Translations under genes and position numbers: made by a program | The notes under the pieces: generated by a model | Database searches by the model: none | Told to the model about the DNA's origin: nothing | Seen by the model: only the letters and a program-made list of their open reading frames with translations | In this document: positions 19,461-28,673 of the stretch, piece after piece | Layout of the letters: every line of letters starts with the position of its first letter | Numbering within the stretch: the first letter of the stretch is position 1 | Assembly: GCA_001778375.1 (NCBI GenBank) | Contig: MFGV01000074.1 | Location: 9,651 to 73,650 of the forward strand | DNA from: Candidatus Firestonebacteria bacterium RIFOXYD2_FULL_39_29 | GTDB lineage: Bacteria > Oederibacteriota > D2-FULL-39-29 | Length of the DNA stretch: 64,000 nucleotides | Direction: 5' to 3'

Positions 19461-20176
19461 TTCAACTTCAGAAAATATTTTTTAGACAGGCAAATTTTGA
19501 ACTCAAAAATATATCCGCGGAGATTGATAATGAATATTGTGTTTTAATAGGTCCTCCGGGCGCCGGCAAGACAACATTACTGGAAGTTTTATGCGGACTT
19601 AGACAGATAAAATCAGGAAAAATATTATTAAACAAATCGGATATTTCGCTCCTTGCTCCGGGAAAAAGGGGTATCGGTTATATGCCTCAGGATTATGCTC
19701 TATTTCCGCATATGTCTGTTAAAGATAATATAGGCTTTGGTTTAAAGGTTTTGAAATACGACAGGATTTCCGCTGAGAAGAAAATAACGGAGATCTGCGA
19801 GCTTTTAGAGATTACTCATCTGCTTGAAAGACAGCCAAAGACCTTAAGCGGAGGGGAAGGTCAAAGGGTTGCGATGGCGCGGGCGCTTATAATTTCTCCG
19901 AAGCTGCTGCTTTTGGACGAACCTCTCTGCGCTTTGGATGAGAAAACCAGAGAAAAATTGATAGGTAAATTAAAAAAAATGCAAAAGCAGATGGATATCC
20001 CCTTCCTTCATATCTGTCACTTTTATGACGAAATGGACCGTCTGGCTGATAAAGTTCTCGTTCTATGGAACGGGGAAATAATCCAACAGGGCAAACTTAA
20101 GGAAATAAAAAAACACCCTGCGGATAAAAGGGTGGCAGATTTCCTGTGCAAAGGAGAGACGTTATGCGTAAAGTAA
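19457..20176 (+). CDS. ABC transporter ATP-binding protein (ModC-like)
   Basis: Walker A (GPPGAGKTT), the ABC signature (LSGGEGQRVAMARAL) and Walker B (LLLLDEP) are all present. Confidence 0.75.
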   Translation: MIQLQKIFFRQANFELKNISAEIDNEYCVLIGPPGAGKTTLLEVLCGLRQIKSGKILLNKSDISLLAPGKRGIGYMPQDYALFPHMSVKDNIGFGLKVLKYDRISAEKKITEICELLEITHLLERQPKTLSGGEGQRVAMARALIISPKLLLLDEPLCALDEKTREKLIGKLKKMQKQMDIPFLHICHFYDEMDRLADKVLVLWNGEIIQQGKLKEIKKHPADKRVADFLCKGETLCVK

Positions 20177-20913
20177 TTACTTTTTTGTTTATCTTCTTTT
20201 TCTCCGGTGTATTATATTCTGCTGATTTGATTGTTTATTGCGGAGCGGGTACACGGCCTCCTATGGAAGAGATCGCAGCAGCTTACACCAAAGAAAATAA
20301 CACAAAGATAAAATATAATTTCGGCGGCTCCGCTCAAATGCTTGCTCAGATAGAATTGTCCGGTAAAGGGGACGTCTTTATTCCCGGAGAAGAGTTATAT
20401 ATTGAGATTGCAAAGAAAAAGAAGCTTATTTCGGGCGAACCGTTAATAATAGCGTATTGGATGCCTGTTATACTTGTGCAAAAAGGTAATCCAAAAAATA
20501 TCAGGAATCTTTCTGATTTAGAGGGAGAAGGTATTAAGCTTGGGGTCGGGGACGAACGCGTATGCGCAATAGGTATTGTAACTAAAAGTGTGCTGGAAAA
20601 AAACAAGCTTTTTGAAAAAATAGAAAAAAATATCATTGTAAAGACCTCAACGGCTAATGAACTCGGAAACGCGGTAAAATTAAAAACAGTGGATGCTGTT
20701 ATCGTGTGGGATTCTATTGCGTATATGTATCCTGATTCCGGCGATGTGGTTGATATACCCGTGAAGGAAAATGAGATAAGCAAAATTCCCGCGGCTGTTC
20801 TTAAAAACTCTTTAAACAAAGAAGAAGCAGAAAAGTTTATAATATTCCTTAAAAGCGAAAAAGGCAGAGAGATTTTTAATAAACATCATTATAAAACGTC
20901 AGCAGTAAAATAA
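20146..20913 (+). CDS. Second secreted ModA/WtpA-like substrate-binding protein
   Basis: It has a signal peptide. It carries LIVYCGAGTRPPMEEIAAAY, GDVFIPGEE and VDAVIVWDS. It is a paralogue of the 17932 product. Confidence 0.6.
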   Translation: MQRRDVMRKVITFLFIFFFSGVLYSADLIVYCGAGTRPPMEEIAAAYTKENNTKIKYNFGGSAQMLAQIELSGKGDVFIPGEELYIEIAKKKKLISGEPLIIAYWMPVILVQKGNPKNIRNLSDLEGEGIKLGVGDERVCAIGIVTKSVLEKNKLFEKIEKNIIVKTSTANELGNAVKLKTVDAVIVWDSIAYMYPDSGDVVDIPVKENEISKIPAAVLKNSLNKEEAEKFIIFLKSEKGREIFNKHHYKTSAVK

Positions 20914-21034
20914 TTAAAAGAATATCATCGCAGGCAAAACAAAGACGGTCTAAAAATCATACCGGTGTTTGGAATTTCACTTCTTATTGAATTATGACGT
21001 TATGTCAAAGAAAACCCCGAGCATCCTGTCCGTC

Positions 21035-21095
21035 AGAGTTTCTGCCGAGATCTCGCCCTTAGCGGATCCGCCAATCATTTAGGCGGAGAAGCTCG
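21035..21095. repeat. Partial MITE/REP-like repeat copy (GAGATCTCGCCC...GATCCGCCAATCATTTAGGCGGAG)
   Basis: Its hairpin core and GAGATCTCG block are shared with 15028-15190 and 35330-35400. Confidence 0.5.
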
Positions 21096-21517
21096 GAGAG
21101 GTTCATAATAAAGTTGTGTATAGCTGGTCTCATTTAAAAACACTGCACGCGATTGGCGGGGGAATTGCCGCTCTTCTTCTTATCGGTACACCAGCTTGGA
21201 TTTTTATCTACAAAAGGCAAGGACTCTTTAAGACCCTGGCACAGAATATTTGGCCGGATAACGGCAGTTCTTGCCCTATTAGTTCTTTTAACAGGAATTA
21301 TCAAGCTTTTAGAATCCCTGGGAATAATGAAGGATTAGGTTTTGCCGGAAAAATAAAACATGAAAATACCTTGAAAAACAATGCTATTTATGAGGAATTG
21401 TAAATAATCGTATTAGATAATCGTTTGAAAAGATATTTTGGAACATTTTTTGACTTGAAATTGTCTTTAAATTTGGTAAAATACTTTTGCAAAATATAAA
21501 TGTTTGGGTGCAAAATT

Positions 21518-22450
21518 ATGATAGAAGTAAAAGATTTATCAAAAAAATACGATAAGCTCCTTGCAGTAGATAATATTTCATTTAGTATAACAAAAAGTGA
21601 AATAGTCGGATTTCTGGGTCCTAATGGAGCCGGGAAAACAACTACTTTAAAGATTGTTACCTGCTACATTCCGCCGACTTCAGGCAGTATTAAAGTGGCC
21701 GGATTTGATATTTTCGAAAATTCTCTAGAAGTAAGAAAAAATATAGGTTACCTGCCTGAATCAAATTCTCTGTATTACGAGATGGGTGTAGTCGAATATC
21801 TGGAATTTATTGCAAATTTACGTCATATAGAAAAAAATAAAGTTAAATCACGGATAAAAGAAGTAGCAGAAGTCTGCGGTCTTGTTGATGTAATAAAAAA
21901 AGATATAGGAGAACTTTCTAAAGGCTACAAACAAAGAGTTGGGATAGCGCAGGCTATTATTCATGACCCTCCTATTCTCATTCTGGATGAGCCTACCTCA
22001 GGACTTGATCCTAACCAAATAGTACAAATAAGGGAGCTTATTAAAAAACTGGGCAGGGAAAAGACAGTTGTTTTAAGTACCCATATTCTGTCGGAAGTCC
22101 AGGCAACATGTGACAGGGCAATTATAATAAATAAGGGAAAAATAGTTGCTGACGGAAAAACTGACGAACTGCACGGGATGATAGAAGGTAAGGATAAAGT
22201 GTACATTAAATTAAAAGGCCCGGAAGAAAAAGTGGTGAAATTGTTAAAAGCAGTCCCAAATGTGGAAGGCGTTGAGGTTCAAGATAAAGAAGGTCCGGCA
22301 AGAGGTTACCAGTTACAGATCTCTAAAGGTGTTGATATGAGGGAGGAATTGTATAATTTTTCAGTTACAAATAAATGGCCTCTTTTAGAATTAAAAAGAG
22401 AGGTGGTAAGTCTCGAAGATGTATTTAGGGAATTAACGGCAGGGGAGTAA
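21518..22450 (+). CDS. ABC-2-type transporter ATP-binding protein (GldA-like)
   Basis: Walker A (GPNGAGKTT), the signature LSKGYKQRVGIAQA, and Walker B (ILILDEPTSGLD) are present. The start is taken at MIEVKD. Confidence 0.75.
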   Translation: MIEVKDLSKKYDKLLAVDNISFSITKSEIVGFLGPNGAGKTTTLKIVTCYIPPTSGSIKVAGFDIFENSLEVRKNIGYLPESNSLYYEMGVVEYLEFIANLRHIEKNKVKSRIKEVAEVCGLVDVIKKDIGELSKGYKQRVGIAQAIIHDPPILILDEPTSGLDPNQIVQIRELIKKLGREKTVVLSTHILSEVQATCDRAIIINKGKIVADGKTDELHGMIEGKDKVYIKLKGPEEKVVKLLKAVPNVEGVEVQDKEGPARGYQLQISKGVDMREELYNFSVTNKWPLLELKREVVSLEDVFRELTAGE

Positions 22451-22452
22451 TT

Positions 22453-23175
22453 ATGGGAATTAGCTTTGACAATATAAAAACTATACTGCGCAGGGAACTC
22501 AGAGGGTATTTTAATTCACCTATCGCATACATAGTAGTTGTGATATTTCTGATCATCAACGGCTGGTTCTTTGCGTCCAGCATATTTCTTATAAATGAAG
22601 TTACCTTGGATAATTTTCTGGGTAATATGCCTCTATTATTTATATTCTTCATTCCTGCTATGACGATGGGGCTTTTTTCGGATGAAATAAAAAGCGGAAC
22701 AATAGAAATTCTTGCGACCATGCCTTTAAAAGATGAAGAAATAATAATAGGTAAGTTTCTTTCTGCTTTCAGTTTAATGGCTGTCGCGATCTCGCTTACT
22801 CTAATACATCCTATAACTTTGATGTTCCTTGGTAAGGTTGACATGGGGCAGGTAATTGGTTCATATTCAGGGCTATACCTGCTAAGCGCATCTTTTGTTT
22901 CTGCCGGGGTATTTTGTTCGGCTCTGACGAAAAATCAGATTGTTGCTTTTATAATAAGTTTTATAATATGCTTTGTATCCTTTATGTTTGGCAAAATACT
23001 GAGTTTTGTCCCGGCATTTATCGTCTCATTCATTGAATACTTAAGTATAGATTATCATTTTGGCAATATTTCCAAAGGAATCATAGATTCAAGGGACCTT
23101 ATATATTATTTCAGCGTTATTTTATTCTTCTATTACATGACTGTTTCTGTTTTAGGCAGCAGGAGATGGAAATGA
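22453..23175 (+). CDS. ABC-2-type permease (GldF-like)
   Basis: A six-TM protein sitting directly after the ATPase. Confidence 0.6.
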   Translation: MGISFDNIKTILRRELRGYFNSPIAYIVVVIFLIINGWFFASSIFLINEVTLDNFLGNMPLLFIFFIPAMTMGLFSDEIKSGTIEILATMPLKDEEIIIGKFLSAFSLMAVAISLTLIHPITLMFLGKVDMGQVIGSYSGLYLLSASFVSAGVFCSALTKNQIVAFIISFIICFVSFMFGKILSFVPAFIVSFIEYLSIDYHFGNISKGIIDSRDLIYYFSVILFFYYMTVSVLGSRRWK

Positions 23176-24809
23176 AGATAGGAAAAATAGAAATTAAAAC
23201 AAGCAAGAAAACGATATTATCTTTGGTTTCACTTCCGATACTGCTCGGTATTATTATCGTAATTAATTATCTCTCCTATCATATATTTTGCCGGCTGGAT
23301 CTTACGCAGGGCGGTATATATTCTTTGTCCAAAGCAAGCAAGGATCTTGTGAGAAAGCTCGACGATAGAATTATAATAAAGGCATATTTTAATAAAAATC
23401 TGCCGGCCCCGTATAACAGCAACAGAAAATATTTTGAGGATCTTCTCGCGGAATATAAGACATATTCAAAAGGCAAGATTAGTTATGAATTTATAGATCC
23501 TGCGGGGGATGAAAAGCTTCAACAGGAAGCGCGTTCCGGGGGCATTGCGCCTGTGAATATCACCCAGGTAAAGAACGACAAGTATGAACAGGAAATAAGC
23601 TATATGGGGGCGATGTTTTTGTACGGGGACAAAAAAGAGATACTGCCTTTTGTCAAACAAACAGTCGGCCTTGAATACGATGTTACAAGCCGTATAAAAA
23701 AACTTACCCAGGAAGTCAGGAAAAAAGTCGGATTTCTTGCCGGGCATAAAGAGCCGGATCCCTTTACTGATCTTGGCGGGGTATATGAAAGACTAAGCGA
23801 ACAATATGAACTCCGGACTGTATCGGTTAAGGATGGAACAGCGGTTCCCGAGGATCTGGACGCTCTGGTCGTACTTTCACCGGAGGAAAAGATCAGTGAA
23901 AGGGAAAAATATGAGGTGGATCAATTTATCATGAAAGGTAAACCTGTGGCCTTTCTGATAGACAGTGTAAATGTGAATTTGACCAATTTTATGGGCAACA
24001 AGATAGAACATAACCTTAATAATCTGTTGTCAAATTATGGTGTTGAAATAACGCCGGGGCTGGTATTAGACCGTCAGTGCCAGCGTATTTCCGTGCAACA
24101 GCGGCAAGGTTTCTTCACTATACAGAATATTATTGAGTACCCGCTTCTGCCTGTTGCCACGGTTTTTCGCAAAGAAAATCCTATTGTAAGGGAATTGGAA
24201 AAAGTATCTCTTCCTTTTGCAAGTCCGCTCATACTTAAAGATGTTCCTGACGGCAAAATAAAACCCGAGTGGCTTATAAAATCATCGGAGAATAGTTGGC
24301 AAAAAGATGATGTATATTTTCTTAGCCCCCTGCAAAATTTTCCAACACAGAATCTTACAAAGAAAGGTCCTTATATTCTCGCGGCTACAGTTACCGGAAA
24401 GTTCAAGAGTTTCTATTCCGATAAGGAGGTTCCTGCTGTTGAGAGCGCGGATAAAACAAAAAAAGATAAAAAAGACGAGAAAAAAAGCGAGACTATAAAG
24501 GAAAGCCCGGATAATCGCATTATAATAGTCGGGAACGGAAGAATAATGAGAGGTGATTTTTTAAAAGATCCTATGTCCGGTACTTTCTTTTTTAACATTG
24601 TTGACTGGCTGGCTCAGGATACCGGGCTTATATCAATACGTTCAAAAGGGATAGAATACAGACCGTTGAAAGAAACGAGTAAAGAAACCAGGAATATTAT
24701 TAAATGGCTGAACGTATTGCTTGTTCCTGCCGGGTTTATTGTATATGGAATAATTCGCTGGAGAATAAGAAAAATAAAAAGGAAAGGGTTGACTTTAAAT
24801 GAATATTAA
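23166..24809 (+). CDS. GldG-like ABC-transporter auxiliary component
   Basis: It has N- and C-terminal TM anchors around a large extracytoplasmic domain, the architecture typical of the GldG / ABC_transp_aux family. It follows the GldA/F-like pair. Confidence 0.55.
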   Translation: MEMKIGKIEIKTSKKTILSLVSLPILLGIIIVINYLSYHIFCRLDLTQGGIYSLSKASKDLVRKLDDRIIIKAYFNKNLPAPYNSNRKYFEDLLAEYKTYSKGKISYEFIDPAGDEKLQQEARSGGIAPVNITQVKNDKYEQEISYMGAMFLYGDKKEILPFVKQTVGLEYDVTSRIKKLTQEVRKKVGFLAGHKEPDPFTDLGGVYERLSEQYELRTVSVKDGTAVPEDLDALVVLSPEEKISEREKYEVDQFIMKGKPVAFLIDSVNVNLTNFMGNKIEHNLNNLLSNYGVEITPGLVLDRQCQRISVQQRQGFFTIQNIIEYPLLPVATVFRKENPIVRELEKVSLPFASPLILKDVPDGKIKPEWLIKSSENSWQKDDVYFLSPLQNFPTQNLTKKGPYILAATVTGKFKSFYSDKEVPAVESADKTKKDKKDEKKSETIKESPDNRIIIVGNGRIMRGDFLKDPMSGTFFFNIVDWLAQDTGLISIRSKGIEYRPLKETSKETRNIIKWLNVLLVPAGFIVYGIIRWRIRKIKRKGLTLNEY

Positions 24810-25803
24810 AAAAATATTTATCCTGCTGCTCGTTTTTACGGCGCTTATAGGGCTAAGCTTTATTTATACAAAAATAAAATATGCTCCTGCAGGTTCGGAA
24901 TATTATAAAGGAATAAAGAAAGAAGATATTAACAAATTTGATATTACAAAGAACAATAAGGATACCTGCACTTTTGAAAAGAAGGATAATAAATGGAGGA
25001 TAACAGCTCCGGTTTTGTACCCTGCAAATAAGATTTATATTGATGAAATTCTGGGTAAAGTTGCCGGTTTAAAAATTGGTGAAGTAATTTCAACAAACAA
25101 AGCAAAACATGAAAGTTTTGAGATTACCGATGAAAAAGGAATTATGCTTACCATTTACAGATCAGGAAAAGCATGTCAACCGGTTATCTTCGGTAAAATG
25201 GCAGGAGACTTTTGCAGTATATATGCAAGATATCCAAAAAAAGATGAGGTATATCTTGCACAGGGTCCTGGCAGTGATGAATTAAGAAGAGAACTTAATG
25301 AATGGAGAGATAAATCTATTTTTTCATTTAGTAAAGACAATGTGGATGAAATAGAAATTGATTTTAAAGGTGAAAAATATGAACTTATCAGGAAAGAGGA
25401 GTGGTATCTGGGCGCGCCTGACAAAAATAATAAAATAACAAATCCGAATGACATTGATACATTTTTAACGGAACTTTCAGGTTTGACTGCCGATGAATTT
25501 GTTGACAAAGAAGAAGAAAAAAAGAATGACAAAAGAACAGGTTTAAACAAGCCCGAGCTTAATGTAAAGATCCACTTTGCGGATGGTAAAGAAGAAATAT
25601 TTAAAGCCGGCAAGAAAGATACTGCGAAAAACCGGTATTATGTTTCCGGAAACCGGGAACCTGCGGTATTTCTTGTGCAGGCAAGTAATGTTGAAAAGCT
25701 CCAAAAGAAAAAATCTGATTTCAAAATAGAAAAAGCGGCCGGCGATAAGAAACCTGCAGAAAATAAAGATATCACACCGGAAATCCGTCCATCGCAAAAA
25801 TAA
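24799..25803 (+). CDS. DUF4340-like protein (the usual partner of GldG-type components)
   Basis: It has an N-terminal TM helix and overlaps the upstream gene in operon fashion. The order GldA/F/G then DUF4340 is the typical synteny. Confidence 0.45.
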   Translation: MNIKKIFILLLVFTALIGLSFIYTKIKYAPAGSEYYKGIKKEDINKFDITKNNKDTCTFEKKDNKWRITAPVLYPANKIYIDEILGKVAGLKIGEVISTNKAKHESFEITDEKGIMLTIYRSGKACQPVIFGKMAGDFCSIYARYPKKDEVYLAQGPGSDELRRELNEWRDKSIFSFSKDNVDEIEIDFKGEKYELIRKEEWYLGAPDKNNKITNPNDIDTFLTELSGLTADEFVDKEEEKKNDKRTGLNKPELNVKIHFADGKEEIFKAGKKDTAKNRYYVSGNREPAVFLVQASNVEKLQKKKSDFKIEKAAGDKKPAENKDITPEIRPSQK

Positions 25804-25899
25804 TGCTTATAAAACAAAGAGATATCCGTAATATTGCAATACCATAGTAATGCTGGGAGTTCTTGTTGTTTTGTAACTGATTATGGTAAAATATATGCA

Positions 25900-26430
25900 A
25901 TGAAACAAATAATGAAGAAAACGTTTTATACTCTTTCCCTTGTCTTAATCCCTCTTTTTCTCTATTCCGATGTTATCAGAAAGCTTGAAATAGCCGCGGA
26001 TGGTGCGGTAAAGGCGGCTGTATTTTTTGACGGCAAAAAAGAGGTAGCCCGGGAAATATTTAATGACAATCTTGATATAATAAAAAAAACCGGAAAGATC
26101 CCGGACGGAATTGTGAAACAATATTATGAAAGCGGGCAGTTATATGCGGAATATAATTATAAAAATAATTTTCTTGACGGTCTGACCAAGACATATTATG
26201 AGGACGGAAAAATAATGACAGAGGACATTTACAAAAGAGACAGTTTGAACGGATTAAGCAGGCAATACTATCCGTCAGGCGCTCTCAAAGCTGAGGAGAA
26301 TTATAAAAACAACCTCAGGGACAGTATTTGCAGTGTGTTTAATGAAGACGGCAGCATAAAGACTGTTAAAATTTATAAAGACGGGAAAGTTCAGAACGAC
26401 AAAAATCAGATGGCCGAAGTAATAAAATAG
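25900..26430 (+). CDS. Secreted MORN-variant/YwqK-family repeat protein
   Basis: It has a signal peptide and repeated Y-x-x-G-[KQ]-h units (YYESGQLYAEYNYKNNFLDGLTKTYYEDGKIM...). The start is taken at the internal MKQIMKK. Confidence 0.55.
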   Translation: MKQIMKKTFYTLSLVLIPLFLYSDVIRKLEIAADGAVKAAVFFDGKKEVAREIFNDNLDIIKKTGKIPDGIVKQYYESGQLYAEYNYKNNFLDGLTKTYYEDGKIMTEDIYKRDSLNGLSRQYYPSGALKAEENYKNNLRDSICSVFNEDGSIKTVKIYKDGKVQNDKNQMAEVIK

Positions 26431-26460
26431 AATACGGGTCTGGGGCTGACGGCTGAAAAA

Positions 26461-27192
26461 ATGCTAAAAAACAGGGTAACAATCATAACCGGAGGTGCTT
26501 CAGGTATTGGCCTGGCGACGGCAGAAAAATTTTTAGCTGCCCAAGCCATTGTTGTTTTAACAGATATCAATGTGAAAAAAGGATGCGCCGCTGCAGCTGG
26601 ACTTGAAAACAAAGGCAGAATATTATTTGTCAGATGTGATGTTGCGTCTGAGACGGATATTAAGAAGCTGGTTTCCATAACGGTAAAGAATTACCGGCGT
26701 ATTGATATTATTATCAACAATGCCGGTATCGGGGACTGGCGCTCTATGGAAAAGCGCCCGATGAAAGTATTTAACCGGATTCTTGCGGTAAACCTTACGG
26801 CCCAATACATGCTTGTTAAATATGCATCCCGTTATATGCCTGCCGGAAGTTCTGTCGTAAATATAAGTTCAACCAGAGCCATTATGTCGGAACCGGGTTC
26901 CGAACCCTACGCAGCCGGCAAAGCCGGAATTATCGGGCTTACACATGCGCTTGCGTCAAGCCTCGCGGAGAGAAGAATACGCGTCAATGCGGTAAGTCCG
27001 GGCTGGATAAATGTCTCCGGCTATACCGAAACGAAAACCGACCGGGCGCAGCATTTTGTAAAACGCGTCGGACGGGGCACAGATATAGCAGAAGCCTGCG
27101 CCTTTCTTGCCGATGAAGAAAAAAGCGGTTTTATTACCGGCCAGAATTTAATAGTCGACGGCGGTATGACCAGAAAGATGATATATCTCTAG
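26461..27192 (+). CDS. Short-chain dehydrogenase/reductase (SDR) oxidoreductase
   Basis: TGGASGIG (Rossmann fold), NNAG, and the catalytic Y-x3-K (YAAGKAG) are present. Confidence 0.8.
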   Translation: MLKNRVTIITGGASGIGLATAEKFLAAQAIVVLTDINVKKGCAAAAGLENKGRILFVRCDVASETDIKKLVSITVKNYRRIDIIINNAGIGDWRSMEKRPMKVFNRILAVNLTAQYMLVKYASRYMPAGSSVVNISSTRAIMSEPGSEPYAAGKAGIIGLTHALASSLAERRIRVNAVSPGWINVSGYTETKTDRAQHFVKRVGRGTDIAEACAFLADEEKSGFITGQNLIVDGGMTRKMIYL

Positions 27193-27195
27193 TGC

Positions 27196-27240
27196 GGGGA
27201 CAGACAACGTGTTTTTATGGTGTCTGTCCCCAATTAAAAA
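27196..27240 (+). terminator. Rho-independent terminator
   Basis: GGGGACAGACA-acgtgtttttatgg-TGTCTGTCCCC is followed by an A/T-rich stretch. The GTGTCTGTCCCC motif recurs in the terminator at 33271-33315. Confidence 0.55.
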
Positions 27241-27269
27241 GAAAAATATTCTAAAAAAAGGGGGACGAT

Positions 27270-27827
27270 ATGGTATATTTCGTAATCGGAATGGTATTGC
27301 TGTGTTGTATAATTTTGCTCAGCATTGTGATCAGGATTTACAATAATCTTATTATGGTTAAGAATAATGTTGATGCCGCCTGGAAAAATATTGATGTTTT
27401 TCTTCTGCAAAGACACGATGAATTGCCCAAGTTAGTAGATGTATGCAAGGGGTATATGAAGCATGAGAGCAGTGTCCTGGAAAACATAGTTAAATTGCGT
27501 TCAAATTATAAGGAATCCGGTACTCCGGAGGAAAAGGCGCGCATTGAAAACGAAATAAGCAGGGCTTTAACCGGGTTGCGTGTTGTATTTGAAAAATATC
27601 CCAACTTAAAAGCGAATGATAATTTTATCAAAATTATGGAGAGGGTAACTGCGCTTGAATCGAAGATCGCGGGCCAGCGAGAGAGTTTTAATGATAAGAC
27701 TAATATTTATAATATTCAAATAGAAAAATTTCCGGATTATATTATTGCCGGGCCGATGAATTATAAAAGGCGTGAATTCCTTGAAGTTCCGGAAGATTTG
27801 AAAGAAGACGTGAAAATCAATATTTAA
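27270..27827 (+). CDS. LemA-family protein
   Basis: N-terminal TM helix. LemA signature: NNLIMVKNNVDAAWKNIDVFLLQRHDELPKLV... Confidence 0.7.
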   Translation: MVYFVIGMVLLCCIILLSIVIRIYNNLIMVKNNVDAAWKNIDVFLLQRHDELPKLVDVCKGYMKHESSVLENIVKLRSNYKESGTPEEKARIENEISRALTGLRVVFEKYPNLKANDNFIKIMERVTALESKIAGQRESFNDKTNIYNIQIEKFPDYIIAGPMNYKRREFLEVPEDLKEDVKINI

Positions 27828-27875
27828 GAATGCTATTTATCTTGAAGTATGGGAAAGTATGGAAATAAAGATGAG

Positions 27876-27960
27876 GAGATTTTCGGATTTTAGTTCATTG
27901 GAACAATATCTTGTATCAGTGGAATCCGATAGTTTTGTAATCAGTGAAATCGCTTTTTCA
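27876..27960. repeat. MITE-like repeat, module 1 (GAGATTTTCGGATTTTAGTTCATTGGAAC...TCAGTGGAATCC...)
   Basis: Near-identical to 34071-34135. Confidence 0.55.
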
Positions 27961-27995
27961 CTCTGTATAGTTAAGGTATTACTACAGGTGCTCTA

Positions 27996-28673
27996 TTGAA
28001 AAAAATAATATTTTGGACAATGGTAGCTTTTGTTATTGCCGTTTTAATAGTATCCGTGTTGCAAATACTGGGTTTTAATCTCTTGATGGCGGCTGCAGAA
28101 ACAAGAATTACCGGTCTATGGCTGCTTTCAGGGATCTTACTATTAATACTGACGATCGTGGTTCTGGTGTGGGTAATAAGCATTTTTAACAGTCTGATCC
28201 AAGTGCGTAATAACATAATGAAAGCCTGGAAAAATATCGATGTTGTACTGCTTCAGAGACATGATGAACTTTCAAAGTTGGTGGAAGCATTTAAAATATA
28301 TACTGATTATGAGCAGCATGTATTATTGGCAATTACGCAACTCCGCGTTGCCTACCGGCAAAAAAAAGATTCAGCGCAAAAAACAACGGTTGAAAATGAT
28401 CTGAATTTCAAGGCAAATGATCTGTTTGCCGGTTTTGAGAAATATCCGGAACTTAAAGCAAATGAAAATTCCGTGCGTATAATGGATTCTATTTCCAGTC
28501 TTGAATCGATCATTGCCGGTCGAAGGGTGTTTTTCAACGATACCGTAAAGGTGTACAACGCGCAGATTGAAACTTTTCCTTACTTTGTTTTTGCAGGGAT
28601 AATGGGTCTGCGTTCACACCCCTACCTGGATGATTTTGAGACTGCGGAAAAATTCCGGGGGAATTCTAAGTGA
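27996..28673 (+). CDS. LemA-family protein (second paralogue, with a longer N-terminal membrane region)
   Basis: NSLIQVRNNIMKAWKNIDVVLLQRHDELSKLV... Confidence 0.7.
   Translation: MKKIIFWTMVAFVIAVLIVSVLQILGFNLLMAAAETRITGLWLLSGILLLILTIVVLVWVISIFNSLIQVRNNIMKAWKNIDVVLLQRHDELSKLVEAFKIYTDYEQHVLLAITQLRVAYRQKKDSAQKTTVENDLNFKANDLFAGFEKYPELKANENSVRIMDSISSLESIIAGRRVFFNDTVKVYNAQIETFPYFVFAGIMGLRSHPYLDDFETAEKFRGNSK

Noticed and set aside
21116-21403. ORFs 21116-21403 and 21153-21338 in the 590-bp gap before the GldA-like gene
   Set aside because: They overlap each other in different frames and lie in an intergenic region containing a repeat copy. They have no ribosome-binding site, and their sequence is unlike that of the surrounding genes.
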